IMG/VR virus record: IMGVR_UViG_3300005546_000008
Span: 1-46,085 of that record
DNA from: a virus
Direction: 5' to 3' (one strand)
Length of the DNA stretch: 46,085 bases
In this document: in pieces, positions 18,257 through 25,692 of the stretch
Layout: every line of letters begins with the position of its first letter
Numbering within the stretch: the stretch's first letter is position 1
The notes under the pieces: generated by a model
What the model saw: the letters and a program-made list of their open reading frames with translations, nothing else
The model's database searches: none
What the model was told of the DNA's origin: nothing
Program-made: the position numbers and the translations under genes

Positions 18257-18471
18257 ATCCCCACGGGAATTTTAATCGCAAATTTATCCTGCTCTTCGGG
18301 GAGATGGTCTAACTCCATATACCCCTTAAACTCTACCTTACCCTCTCTGAGAGGGGAGTAGTTTCGTTCGTTGATGCTGTGGTGGTTTCGTCTAGCCTTA
18401 ATAGGATGCACCACACACTCTTGCTTGGCTGCCACCTTCGCGCCACCACCATCCACCCCGTTTTCATCCAC
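18169..18471 (-). CDS. Hypothetical protein
   Basis: GTG start preceded by a strong GAGGAGGAGG Shine-Dalgarno 7 nt upstream. 100 aa. Confidence 0.4.
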   Translation of the reverse strand: MDENGVDGGGAKVAAKQECVVHPIKARRNHHSINERNYSPLREGKVEFKGYMELDHLPEEQDKFAIKIPVGMCLRCAAVVVANVEGQRIHRLACTGRRLR

Positions 18472-18540
18472 CCTTGCACCTCCTCCTCAGAATAAGCCCA
18501 CCTAAACATGATCCCCCCCAAACTTTTTTTGGGGAAAAAT

Positions 18541-18744
18541 TTAGACAACCTCATCCACCTTGAGCGCATCCCCATAATGCTTCGTTAACAAGTCAGCTAA
18601 CGTGGGAAGATGCTTCAAGGGAAGCTCCCACTCCTCAAGCGTCTCCTTGTTCACCACCTGAATCCATTGCTGGCTTGTGATTCTGTAGACGTAGGAGCTT
18701 CCTTCGATCTTTTGGAAAGTTGAGGGAAGAGGTAACATTTCCAT
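18541..18744 (-). CDS. Hypothetical protein
   Basis: 67-aa ORF (MEMLPLPSTFQKIEGSSYVYRITSQQWIQVVNKETLEEWELPLKHL...). Its start lies inside the 3' end of 18635..18994. Confidence 0.4.
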   Translation of the reverse strand: MEMLPLPSTFQKIEGSSYVYRITSQQWIQVVNKETLEEWELPLKHLPTLADLLTKHYGDALKVDEVV

Positions 18745-18994
18745 TCTCCAATGTGGTAATGGTTGAGTAATCTTCGCCCGTTGCTTTATCCACTAGAATA
18801 TTGTAATCACCCTGAAGGAAAGGTTTGAGAAGCCGCGTGCGCCAGTCTGGTGCATCATACTCGTTATACCACCACCTAAACATCTCAAGGGGATGCCTCC
18901 ACCAACGCATACTAATCACCGTTGCAATTTGAAAGTAAAATCCCACACTTTGGGCACACAACCTTACAGTGGTTAGGGACACCTTCTCTTCCAC
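18635..18994 (-). CDS. Hypothetical protein. Its 3' 110 nt overlap the next ORF in another frame.
   Basis: 119-aa ORF directly downstream of the polymerase gene. The N-terminal two thirds look protein-like (RWWRHPLEMFRWWYNEYDAPDWRTRLLKPFLQGDYNILVD). The tail is low-complexity. Confidence 0.4.
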   Translation of the reverse strand: MEEKVSLTTVRLCAQSVGFYFQIATVISMRWWRHPLEMFRWWYNEYDAPDWRTRLLKPFLQGDYNILVDKATGEDYSTITTLENGNVTSSLNFPKDRRKLLRLQNHKPAMDSGGEQGDA

Positions 18995-19015
18995 ATGCGG
19001 GGCAGCGATCTTCGT

Positions 19016-20482
19016 TCACTTTAACTCCCCCCAATTCTTCCCACGTTTAACATCCGCCTTAGCCCAGAACTTTCCACGCTCCACATCTTTCATCTCTTCC
19101 CACTCGCGTTGCAAAATTTCACATTTGATTTTAGCATAATCCTCCACAATTTTTTCTGGAACACTAGTCAAAAAAGAATCATGGGTGGTGGTTACGAGTC
19201 TGGCACCACAAACTGTTGCGGCCTTTTCCAGTAAAGGTAGACATACTAAGCACATCATCGCCTCGCTGCTTTGCACTAACCATCCCATTGCCTCCCTGAA
19301 ATCAGCCTCTTTAGCATACTTAGCCGCCTTTGGATAGGAGTTATAGTAGTAACTAGGCAATCCCCATGGGTTAATAAGGTTCCCTCCATTTTCCAGTTGT
19401 CTCCGAATTTCACCCCACCATCTAACAATATTTGGATAAGCGCTTCGTGCTGCACTATCGATAAGTAATGCGTCTTTCCTCGTAATCCCATAAAGCTCCT
19501 GCATCTTAAAGGGTCCCATCCCAAACACCCACCCATAAGAGAGTGGCTTAGCCAACTTCCTCAACGAATGCTTCGATCCGGGGAATAAGGTGGCTTCCGC
19601 TTCCTCCTTATCTTGGGGCGGCTTGACCCCGATCGCTTCCGCCAATATTCTCGCATTGTGGGTGTGGATGTCACCTTTTTCGATGAGTTCGTACATCCCC
19701 CACTCCCCTGCGAGGAACGCTGCAATCTTGGCTTGGACTTGGGACCAATCGGCGCTAACGAACCAATCGCTGAGGCCGTCGGGCACATAAATGCTCCTAC
19801 ACTCCTCGGGAATATTCTGCAAGTTACCGCTATCTGAAGTCCTTCCCTTCCCGGATTCAGATAAGTCTGAACCGCTTGCCACTCGCTTCGTGGAAGTTCG
19901 ATGAAGGCTATATGAAGGGTGCGTATAGCCTGCTCGATCAATCTTGATCTTGTACTCGGTGGACAATCTTTTCGAGCACCACTGGATTTCACCCGCATAC
20001 TTCAACACCTCCACATCATCATAATGCTGAATCATCCACTTCAATTCATCCTTACCCAGTTTTTGATTACCTTTCTTCGTGGTAGATCGCGGAGGAGTCC
20101 TAAGCATAAGCTCCTGGAAAAGCAACCATCTCCATGCATTAAGATTAGTAACTCGAAAGGTTTCTCCATGTTTGTCAAGTTCCCGTCTCTGAAGGTTGAT
20201 GAGGCGGGTAAGCTCTTTAGTGTCTCCGCGAACTGCCTTGCACTGAGCCCTTTCTGCATCGAGCACCTCAAGGTGATTACGTAGGGTGGAGAGCTTACGG
20301 GAGTGAACCTCATTCGCTAGCTCGATGACTCTCTTTGACGCAACCTGTTTACGCCTGCGGGCATCCTTCTTAGCCACCGCTAGAGCATCACGATCAACCC
20401 TGATGCCCCCCGCTTCCATCCTCATCAGCGCCCCTTGAGCGGGGACGAGGATGTTATTGTAGAGATCCCATAAGCTATTCAA
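19016..20482 (-). CDS. Family A DNA polymerase, polymerase (palm/fingers/thumb) domain only
   Basis: Motifs read in order: GNLQNIPEE, motif A FVSADWSQVQAKIAAFLAGE, DIHTHNA, motif B RKLAKPLSYGWVFGMGP, motif C VTTTHDSFL. The N-terminus LWDLYNNILVPAQGALMRMEAGGIRVD corresponds to the first helix of the Klenow polymerase domain. It starts at a TTG (TTGA overlap with the upstream stop) with a GAGG Shine-Dalgarno 7 nt upstream. Confidence 0.85.
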   Translation of the reverse strand: MNSLWDLYNNILVPAQGALMRMEAGGIRVDRDALAVAKKDARRRKQVASKRVIELANEVHSRKLSTLRNHLEVLDAERAQCKAVRGDTKELTRLINLQRRELDKHGETFRVTNLNAWRWLLFQELMLRTPPRSTTKKGNQKLGKDELKWMIQHYDDVEVLKYAGEIQWCSKRLSTEYKIKIDRAGYTHPSYSLHRTSTKRVASGSDLSESGKGRTSDSGNLQNIPEECRSIYVPDGLSDWFVSADWSQVQAKIAAFLAGEWGMYELIEKGDIHTHNARILAEAIGVKPPQDKEEAEATLFPGSKHSLRKLAKPLSYGWVFGMGPFKMQELYGITRKDALLIDSAARSAYPNIVRWWGEIRRQLENGGNLINPWGLPSYYYNSYPKAAKYAKEADFREAMGWLVQSSEAMMCLVCLPLLEKAATVCGARLVTTTHDSFLTSVPEKIVEDYAKIKCEILQREWEEMKDVERGKFWAKADVKRGKNWGELK

Positions 20483-21024
20483 GGGTTAGCCTCGAAGAAT
20501 GCTTGAGCAAACTTAGCTGATGTTTCAGATCGCAACCTCTTCGTGCGCTCAGACTTACCCCCAAGTTTCCTCCATCCCCAAAATTCATGCTTACACTTGT
20601 GCCTATTACGAGGTGGCATAGTAAACTTTCCCCATAAGCAAGTGCGTTTGCTCCAATCTTCACCGTACTCACATGGGCTAAAAATGGTAACAGGTGGGCC
20701 AATGAATTTACGTAAACGTCCTACGGGATTTTCTAACGCCCACCAAGCTGGGGAGGCTAATTCAATTACGTCCATACAAGCTACGGCAATATCCACCGCT
20801 TCAGCTAACAACTCAGGGGGCTTAGTGGCCCACCATCTAGCCCCGCTAACTGCAAACTCAGTACAAGGTGGTGCAGCAAGGATACCATGAACATTTGAAG
20901 GGGGAATATAATTTCTGATATCAATTTCGGGGAGAGTAACCAATCTTACATCATACCCTGCCTCTTTATAGGGTCTACTCCACGCTCCCGTCCCCCCACA
21001 CAAGTCTAAGATGATTTTACCCAC
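20479..21024 (-). CDS. Miniature DNA (cytosine-5)-methyltransferase-like protein (181 aa), interposed between the two halves of the DNA polymerase
   Basis: Motif I LDLCGGTGAWS, motif IV ILAAPPCTEFAVSG (PC catalytic dipeptide), motif VI WALENPVG. There is no room for a canonical target-recognition domain. GTG start with an AAGGAG Shine-Dalgarno 7 nt upstream. Confidence 0.6.
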   Translation of the reverse strand: MGKIILDLCGGTGAWSRPYKEAGYDVRLVTLPEIDIRNYIPPSNVHGILAAPPCTEFAVSGARWWATKPPELLAEAVDIAVACMDVIELASPAWWALENPVGRLRKFIGPPVTIFSPCEYGEDWSKRTCLWGKFTMPPRNRHKCKHEFWGWRKLGGKSERTKRLRSETSAKFAQAFFEANP

Positions 21025-22174
21025 CCATCATCTCCTTATGCTTATCGTGCAACCTTCGCGTTTGGATAACGTCCATTGCGCAATAGAGCTTATTCCACTG
21101 CCACTCACTCCATTGTGGGTAAGCAATCTTATAGTATGCTTGCACCCACTTCAACTCCTCCACCCTCTTCCACGGAGCTTGATCCTCAAACTCCCTCAAC
21201 ACACAATTCTGCAACCCCAACCACTTCACCTTCAGCTTTTTCTTTTTCGCACCGTTTTCATCTTCGCCCGCTTCAACTTTGCGGTCTGCGACGGGGGGGT
21301 AAATAGTGGACGCTTGAGTGATTGTATCATGCACTCGTGTGCGTAGGCTGATGTTACCGAGTTGGTTAAGGGAGAATCCTCTATGATCGTAGTAAAAGTT
21401 GTGACCCACGATTTCCCTACCACTCCCTTGTATTCCCCGCTCAATAGCTCTTCTGAGGCTTCCATTGCCCCAATCTGCCACAACGGCTTTGTTAGGTGTG
21501 GGCGCAATACCAACGAGTATAATTTCTCCTTGTCTCCCACGGGGAGTCTCGATATCAATGGAAATAGGTCCACCATCATCTTCGGCGAAGGCTTCTTCAA
21601 TGTCATCCTCCATAGGGTTAAGGTTGATTGTGATACCCCGCAAACGATTATAGTCTGGAACAACTTTTCTTGACGTTTCAGTTTCTCCGGGCAACACTCC
21701 ATAGTATTCTAGCAAATAATTACTGCCCTCATAGTAAACTCCCGGCCCATATTCCCGCTGGCTCCAAGCCGCCGCACGCTGAATAAATCTATAAAGCGTC
21801 GGCAGCATCCATCTTGACCCCTTCATCGCATCAGCGGGATGCAGACTCACCACCACACTATGAACATTGGGGGTGCGATAAAGTATATCCACAACCTTGT
21901 TGGCGTTTGCTATAGCCTCAAACTCCTGCCTATTCCAAACCGCCCCCATCACCTCTGCGGGATTGGTCAGTCCCGATGATATCCTTAACGCATCAGATCC
22001 CAGAAGTAGGAGTGTTTTCGCATTTGAGGTGGGATACTCGGTACATGGCATAACCTCAACTCCCTCCACCCCACCCTCACTCCGCGCTCGATAAGGATCA
22101 ACTCCCAACCCTTTCCAGATATGATAAAAGCTTCCATCTGAGGCTGGAAGGTGGGAGAGGATTAGGAGGCTCAT
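21017..22174 (-). CDS. DNA polymerase N-terminal part: 3'-5' exonuclease domain preceded by a domain of about 190 aa with degenerate uracil-DNA-glycosylase-like features
   Basis: Exo I ISIDIETP, Exo II VGHNFYYDHRGF, Exo III YCAMDVIQT. The N-terminal region has LLLLGSDA and VVSLHPADAM, which resemble degenerate UDG family-4 motifs (GEAPG and HPS). Confidence 0.75.
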   Translation of the reverse strand: MSLLILSHLPASDGSFYHIWKGLGVDPYRARSEGGVEGVEVMPCTEYPTSNAKTLLLLGSDALRISSGLTNPAEVMGAVWNRQEFEAIANANKVVDILYRTPNVHSVVVSLHPADAMKGSRWMLPTLYRFIQRAAAWSQREYGPGVYYEGSNYLLEYYGVLPGETETSRKVVPDYNRLRGITINLNPMEDDIEEAFAEDDGGPISIDIETPRGRQGEIILVGIAPTPNKAVVADWGNGSLRRAIERGIQGSGREIVGHNFYYDHRGFSLNQLGNISLRTRVHDTITQASTIYPPVADRKVEAGEDENGAKKKKLKVKWLGLQNCVLREFEDQAPWKRVEELKWVQAYYKIAYPQWSEWQWNKLYCAMDVIQTRRLHDKHKEMMGG

Positions 22175-22392
22175 TTAACCTTCACCCATCCTGTTACATT
22201 TCGCATTCCATAATCCACCCTAACAAGGAAAGCATCATCCCACACAATATTTTCCTCAGTCAGAAGAGCTCGCAGGTGCGCTTTCCCCTGCCCAATCGAG
22301 CAATAATCGCCAGTAACTTTCATAAAGCCACCTCGCACTCGGATAATACCAATCCAAGCGGGCAACTCTACGTCATCTATTTCCTTTTTCAA
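22171..22392 (-). CDS. Hypothetical protein
   Basis: 73-aa ORF with ATGA-type overlaps to the genes on both sides. Confidence 0.5.
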   Translation of the reverse strand: MKKEIDDVELPAWIGIIRVRGGFMKVTGDYCSIGQGKAHLRALLTEENIVWDDAFLVRVDYGMRNVTGWVKVK

Positions 22393-23294
22393 GAAATCCC
22401 CTCCACCCTATCACAAACTTGTTTGAGACTACAATAGTCGGAGCACTTCTTCTTGTTAAACATACTGCGGCCGATGAGGGGAACTGACTCTTTGACAACT
22501 TCCCCCACATTTACATAAGTACTAGCTCCCCCTAAAAATCCTTGATTAGCTACATAATCATGTTTCAAATTGAGCAGCGCTTCTGCGGCTTTCCCCGCAA
22601 TAAACCCCACAGTGAAATCCCCACCCCCTGGACGATGCGCCGCAATCCTCTCCTCATCCCACACCGGCACCTTGAACCTCTTCATCTCCTTCCCCGCTCC
22701 AGCCATACTACTTCTCACCACTTCCATCTCCACCACCCTCAAGCCGGGTTCCTGCTGCTCCCACAACAACCTTTGCATGTTAACCTGACACGCATGATCA
22801 TCTTTGAGCGTCCACTCTTTGTAACCGTCTTTGTCGAAGGAGTGGAATTTGCCTTCGCAGATTTTGCCTTCCTTAGTATACCCTGCATGCTCCAACCCTG
22901 TTGTAGCATACATCAAGCTAAGATCAATCGCCGCGCTTAAAGGGAGGCCCAGGATTGTCCCCTGAACCTCCCTCTCAGCCACCCACCCTATTGGAGGAAA
23001 CTTTGCAATAGCAGCCTGAACGAGGGTTCCCACTGCGGGGGTATGTTGCGTGCGTGGATCGAACGTGTGGGGAAGGAAGTCCGCAAGCAGCCACTCGCGG
23101 GGGCAGGTTAGGAGGCGCGTAACGGTTATCTTACCATCTCTATGCCTGGTGTCGTTGAGGGCATGATTAAGAAGTGAATGCCACCACGCTCTAGCTTGTG
23201 CGCTCCCCGCACACTCAGGGGCGGTGTCGCTCACCCAATGGGTTAAGTCAGTGGTCTCAATCTTGCAGGCGGGGCAGAAAAGGGCGCTAATCAC
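22389..23294 (-). CDS. PD-(D/E)XK nuclease, Cas4/RecB-like, with a Cys cluster
   Basis: N-terminal CPAC and a C-terminal Cys cluster KKKCSDYCSLKQVC, like the Fe-S cluster of Cas4/AddB-type nucleases. AIDLSL ... CEGKF fits the D...ExK catalytic motif. Confidence 0.55.
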   Translation of the reverse strand: MISALFCPACKIETTDLTHWVSDTAPECAGSAQARAWWHSLLNHALNDTRHRDGKITVTRLLTCPREWLLADFLPHTFDPRTQHTPAVGTLVQAAIAKFPPIGWVAEREVQGTILGLPLSAAIDLSLMYATTGLEHAGYTKEGKICEGKFHSFDKDGYKEWTLKDDHACQVNMQRLLWEQQEPGLRVVEMEVVRSSMAGAGKEMKRFKVPVWDEERIAAHRPGGGDFTVGFIAGKAAEALLNLKHDYVANQGFLGGASTYVNVGEVVKESVPLIGRSMFNKKKCSDYCSLKQVCDRVEGIS

Positions 23295-23791
23295 TAGGGT
23301 AATCCTCCTAGAAAGAACACAATATGACTCCTAGATACGTCAACTTTGCGCCCGTCGGGGGTTAAAAACTTCGCCCTAAAGGGTGGCTTCCAGTCCCCCC
23401 ATTTATTTTTTTCCAACAATCTGTAATACTTTGTGGTGGAATCATTGGGGACAATGATAGCCACAAACGCCCCAAGGGACGCCTCTTTAACAGCTTTCTC
23501 CGCCCAACTATATATATCAGAGTAGGGCATATTCACAAAGCATTTCATCGCTTTCCAACTTTGCAGGAGCCCGTTACCCTCCTTAGTATAGAAATGGGGG
23601 GTGTTTAACCTATTACCCGAAGCAGCGCAAGGATCAAGTTCAAAGTTGAAAAGGCGGTTAAGGGGGACCCATACTTCATCGGGAGTATACCTCTCATCCG
23701 TATCATCATCACTCATCTCAATCATCACTCCTCCCCACTCAGCGTCACCGCGCACCCAATGATGTAGCCGAACATCAATCCAATCATCCAC
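23294..23791 (-). CDS. Phage Dam-family DNA N6-adenine methyltransferase-like protein
   Basis: ERYTPDEVWVPLNRLFNFELDPCA ... LLQSWKAMKCFVNMPYSDIYSWAEKA matches the layout of the phage N6-adenine methyltransferase family (TP...LD...W...NPPY). The catalytic tetrapeptide here is NMPY. Confidence 0.6.
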   Translation of the reverse strand: MDDWIDVRLHHWVRGDAEWGGVMIEMSDDDTDERYTPDEVWVPLNRLFNFELDPCAASGNRLNTPHFYTKEGNGLLQSWKAMKCFVNMPYSDIYSWAEKAVKEASLGAFVAIIVPNDSTTKYYRLLEKNKWGDWKPPFRAKFLTPDGRKVDVSRSHIVFFLGGLP

Positions 23792-23812
23792 CCTAAGAGG
23801 AAGATAGCCAAG

Positions 23813-23998
23813 CTATTCATAATCCACCTCTATCTCATCACGTTTAAAATCCTCAAGCTCAGCATCAAACTCCTCACACTCCTGACACAACCACCCATTC
23901 TCGCTAAGATAACGATGGGGGCCGATGGTGTAGGGACACCGCGCACATTGCATCTCATTATGAGGATCACTCACATTCATGCTCCAACTCCTTCCCAT
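23813..23998 (-). CDS. Small zinc-ribbon protein
   Basis: 61 aa with CARCPYT...(13)...CQEC. Confidence 0.5.
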   Translation of the reverse strand: MGRSWSMNVSDPHNEMQCARCPYTIGPHRYLSENGWLCQECEEFDAELEDFKRDEIEVDYE

Positions 23999-24158
23999 GC
24001 CTCATCCTGCATATTGAGCAACGTAAATGTTCGTGCAAAGCATCGATATTATTGATAACATCACTAACATCATCATATCCAAGGGGGCCATACTTTCTAA
24101 TGTACGCCCAAAGATCCAATCTTACTTTGTCAGCTAGGCTTAAAGGTTTTTCAGTCAT
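23967..24158 (-). CDS. Hypothetical small protein
   Basis: ATG at 24158 (MTEKPLSLADKVRLDLWAYIRKYGPLGYDD...). The track's longest ORF starts at GTG 24164. Confidence 0.45.
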   Translation of the reverse strand: MTEKPLSLADKVRLDLWAYIRKYGPLGYDDVSDVINNIDALHEHLRCSICRMRHGKELEHECE

Positions 24159-24279
24159 CCCCACACCGTGGACAGAGTCTTGGAGCCGCTGAATTCTCCG
24201 AGAAGTAGACAGCCAAGTTGCAGCGCAGGCATTCCCATTGCCAGCAACGGATAGCTTGAATGAATCCGATGAACTTCAT
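24151..24279 (-). CDS. 42-aa zinc-ribbon micro-protein (below the ORF-track cutoff)
   Basis: ATGA overlap with the stop of 24276..24584. Translation MKFIGFIQAIRCWQWECLRCNLAVYFSENSAAPRLCPRCGDD carries two CxxC pairs. Its stop overlaps the next gene's start region. Confidence 0.4.
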   Translation of the reverse strand: MKFIGFIQAIRCWQWECLRCNLAVYFSENSAAPRLCPRCGDD

Positions 24280-24584
24280 CCCCGCACCTTCGCGAGGCAG
24301 TCGCGGCGGAACTCGATGCAACGGGAATCTATATGTGGATGGGGATGATTTTCCACAATGCGTCTACATAGATTCATGTCTTTTTTATCGTGGCTGACGA
24401 AGTGATTAGCATGACACAGGCAATTTCTTGTATGATCCCCCTCCGCCAACCTCTCCAGCGCGGCGAGGGCTTTCTCGTATTCGCACGGCTGTTTATGTTC
24501 CCTGTGATACTCGTAATTCTCGCAGCGTATGATGGCACGCCTCAATTTCTCCGCCACAATCCCGTAATCGTCAGGTCTACTCAT
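24276..24584 (-). CDS. Cys/His-rich hypothetical protein
   Basis: 102-aa ORF with ATGA overlaps at both ends. Confidence 0.5.
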   Translation of the reverse strand: MSRPDDYGIVAEKLRRAIIRCENYEYHREHKQPCEYEKALAALERLAEGDHTRNCLCHANHFVSHDKKDMNLCRRIVENHPHPHIDSRCIEFRRDCLAKVRG

Positions 24585-24766
24585 AGAAAATGACTCGAAC
24601 AGGCGTCTTGTGGAAGTTGGACATACCTCTTCTCCTTCGGGGGCGGGTCAGAATATCTAGCTTCCCTCCAGCCTCGATCTCTCCCGCATACTGCACACTC
24701 GCCACAATAGGTCATGAACCATCGTGCCCGCTTCTTGCGTGGAGAGGAATCGTCAGGTCGGGTCAT
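24581..24766 (-). CDS. Small Cys-containing protein
   Basis: An internal ATG at 24766 forms an ATGA overlap with the stop of 24763..25095 (MTRPDDSSPRKKRARWFMTYCGECAVCGRD...). The longer track ORF (to 24958) would overlap the upstream gene by 196 nt. Confidence 0.45.
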   Translation of the reverse strand: MTRPDDSSPRKKRARWFMTYCGECAVCGRDRGWREARYSDPPPKEKRYVQLPQDACSSHFL

Positions 24767-25095
24767 GGCTTCCTCCTCGCTGCCTCGATGAATCCCTGGT
24801 TGCACGTTTCTAATGAACACTTGCGGCAGTGACCGTGTGCTCCGCAATACCAGTCCAGCGGGTCTGATTCGAAACAGCGACGGCATACTCTCTTGTCGAA
24901 ATGGGCATCGTCCACCCCAGCCGGGAACTGTGCACGCCCAAGGGCGGCATCTTTGCAACCTTTGTGAACCTTGCGAGGATAGCCCTCTGCCTCGATGGTC
25001 GTAAACCCCGCCATCAGCCTACGCGAACACCACCAGCAAGGCTCAGCGGGGACAAGTTGCTTGAAGGCCATCGTCTTCTTCCTCATCTTCGTCAT
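24763..25095 (-). CDS. Cys-rich (multi-CxxC) hypothetical protein
   Basis: 110-aa ORF with CWWC, CRRC and CRKC pairs. The start is uncertain (ATGs at 25095, 25086 and 25071). Confidence 0.45.
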   Translation of the reverse strand: MTKMRKKTMAFKQLVPAEPCWWCSRRLMAGFTTIEAEGYPRKVHKGCKDAALGRAQFPAGVDDAHFDKRVCRRCFESDPLDWYCGAHGHCRKCSLETCNQGFIEAARRKP

Positions 25096-25189
25096 GGCAT
25101 GGGCATTCGCAGCCCATGGAGCTATTCAGATTGCATCCGTCGCAGTCTTCATGTCGGCCTTCATAACATTCATCGCTCTTACTGCTCAT
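25040..25189 (-). CDS. 49-aa acidic Cys-rich micro-protein (below the ORF-track cutoff)
   Basis: ATG at 25189 with a GAGAGGGGG Shine-Dalgarno 7 nt upstream. Translation: MSSKSDECYEGRHEDCDGCNLNSSMGCECPCHDEDEEEDDGLQATCPR. Confidence 0.3.
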
Positions 25190-25266
25190 TCAAAAGCCCC
25201 CTCTCTATAGGACACTCCTTGATCCACTGTGCAACCTCTTCCAGCCGTTGTCGAAGGGGGTGGGGG

Positions 25267-25692
25267 TCACTCTTTCACCTCGCAGCGGCGCATACGCAGC
25301 CACTCCTCAACAAGAGGTTCCAGCAATTTCACGAACCCCTGATGCCTTTCTCTCTCCTCCCTCACCGCAGCCTCTAGCTTCTTTTGCCACCATTGCATAC
25401 TTTCCCCCACTGCCTCATGTACCGCAGCAGCAACGGCAGCGTCGAGGGCGGCGTGGGCCTTCTCTGTAGCAAGATTGCGCGACACGGTATCGCGGGCCTG
25501 CTCCAGAAGTGTGATGGTCTCATGGGCTTCTGTGCGTGCCTCCCCCGCACTCACCTCCAGCAAAGCGCGGAGGCGGGCAAGTTCAGCCTCACCATCTTTG
25601 CCAGTCTTACAAAATCCTCTGTGGCAGCGCAGAAGTGTGGCGAGTGTGTCCAAATCCCCCTCCACCCCCTCCGCCAGCTTGCGCTCACTCAT
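25267..25692 (-). CDS. Hypothetical helical protein
   Basis: 141-aa ORF, Ala/Glu/Leu-rich, with an ATGA overlap with the upstream micro-ORF. Confidence 0.5.
   Translation of the reverse strand: MSERKLAEGVEGDLDTLATLLRCHRGFCKTGKDGEAELARLRALLEVSAGEARTEAHETITLLEQARDTVSRNLATEKAHAALDAAVAAAVHEAVGESMQWWQKKLEAAVREERERHQGFVKLLEPLVEEWLRMRRCEVKE

Noticed and set aside
18515-18533. Hairpin CCCCAAA-cтttt-TTTGGGG (loop written ctttt) as a rho-independent terminator
   Set aside because: The stem is real, but there is no U-tract on the 3' side for the leftward transcripts that pass through it. I kept it only as context for the possible frameshift or sequencing-error region.
24581-24958. The full-length 125-aa version of ORF 24581..24958
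   Set aside because: Its first 64 codons overlap 24763..25095 and translate to an Arg/Pro/Gly-rich sequence. An internal ATG at 24766 makes a perfect ATGA overlap with the upstream stop, so I kept the short form.
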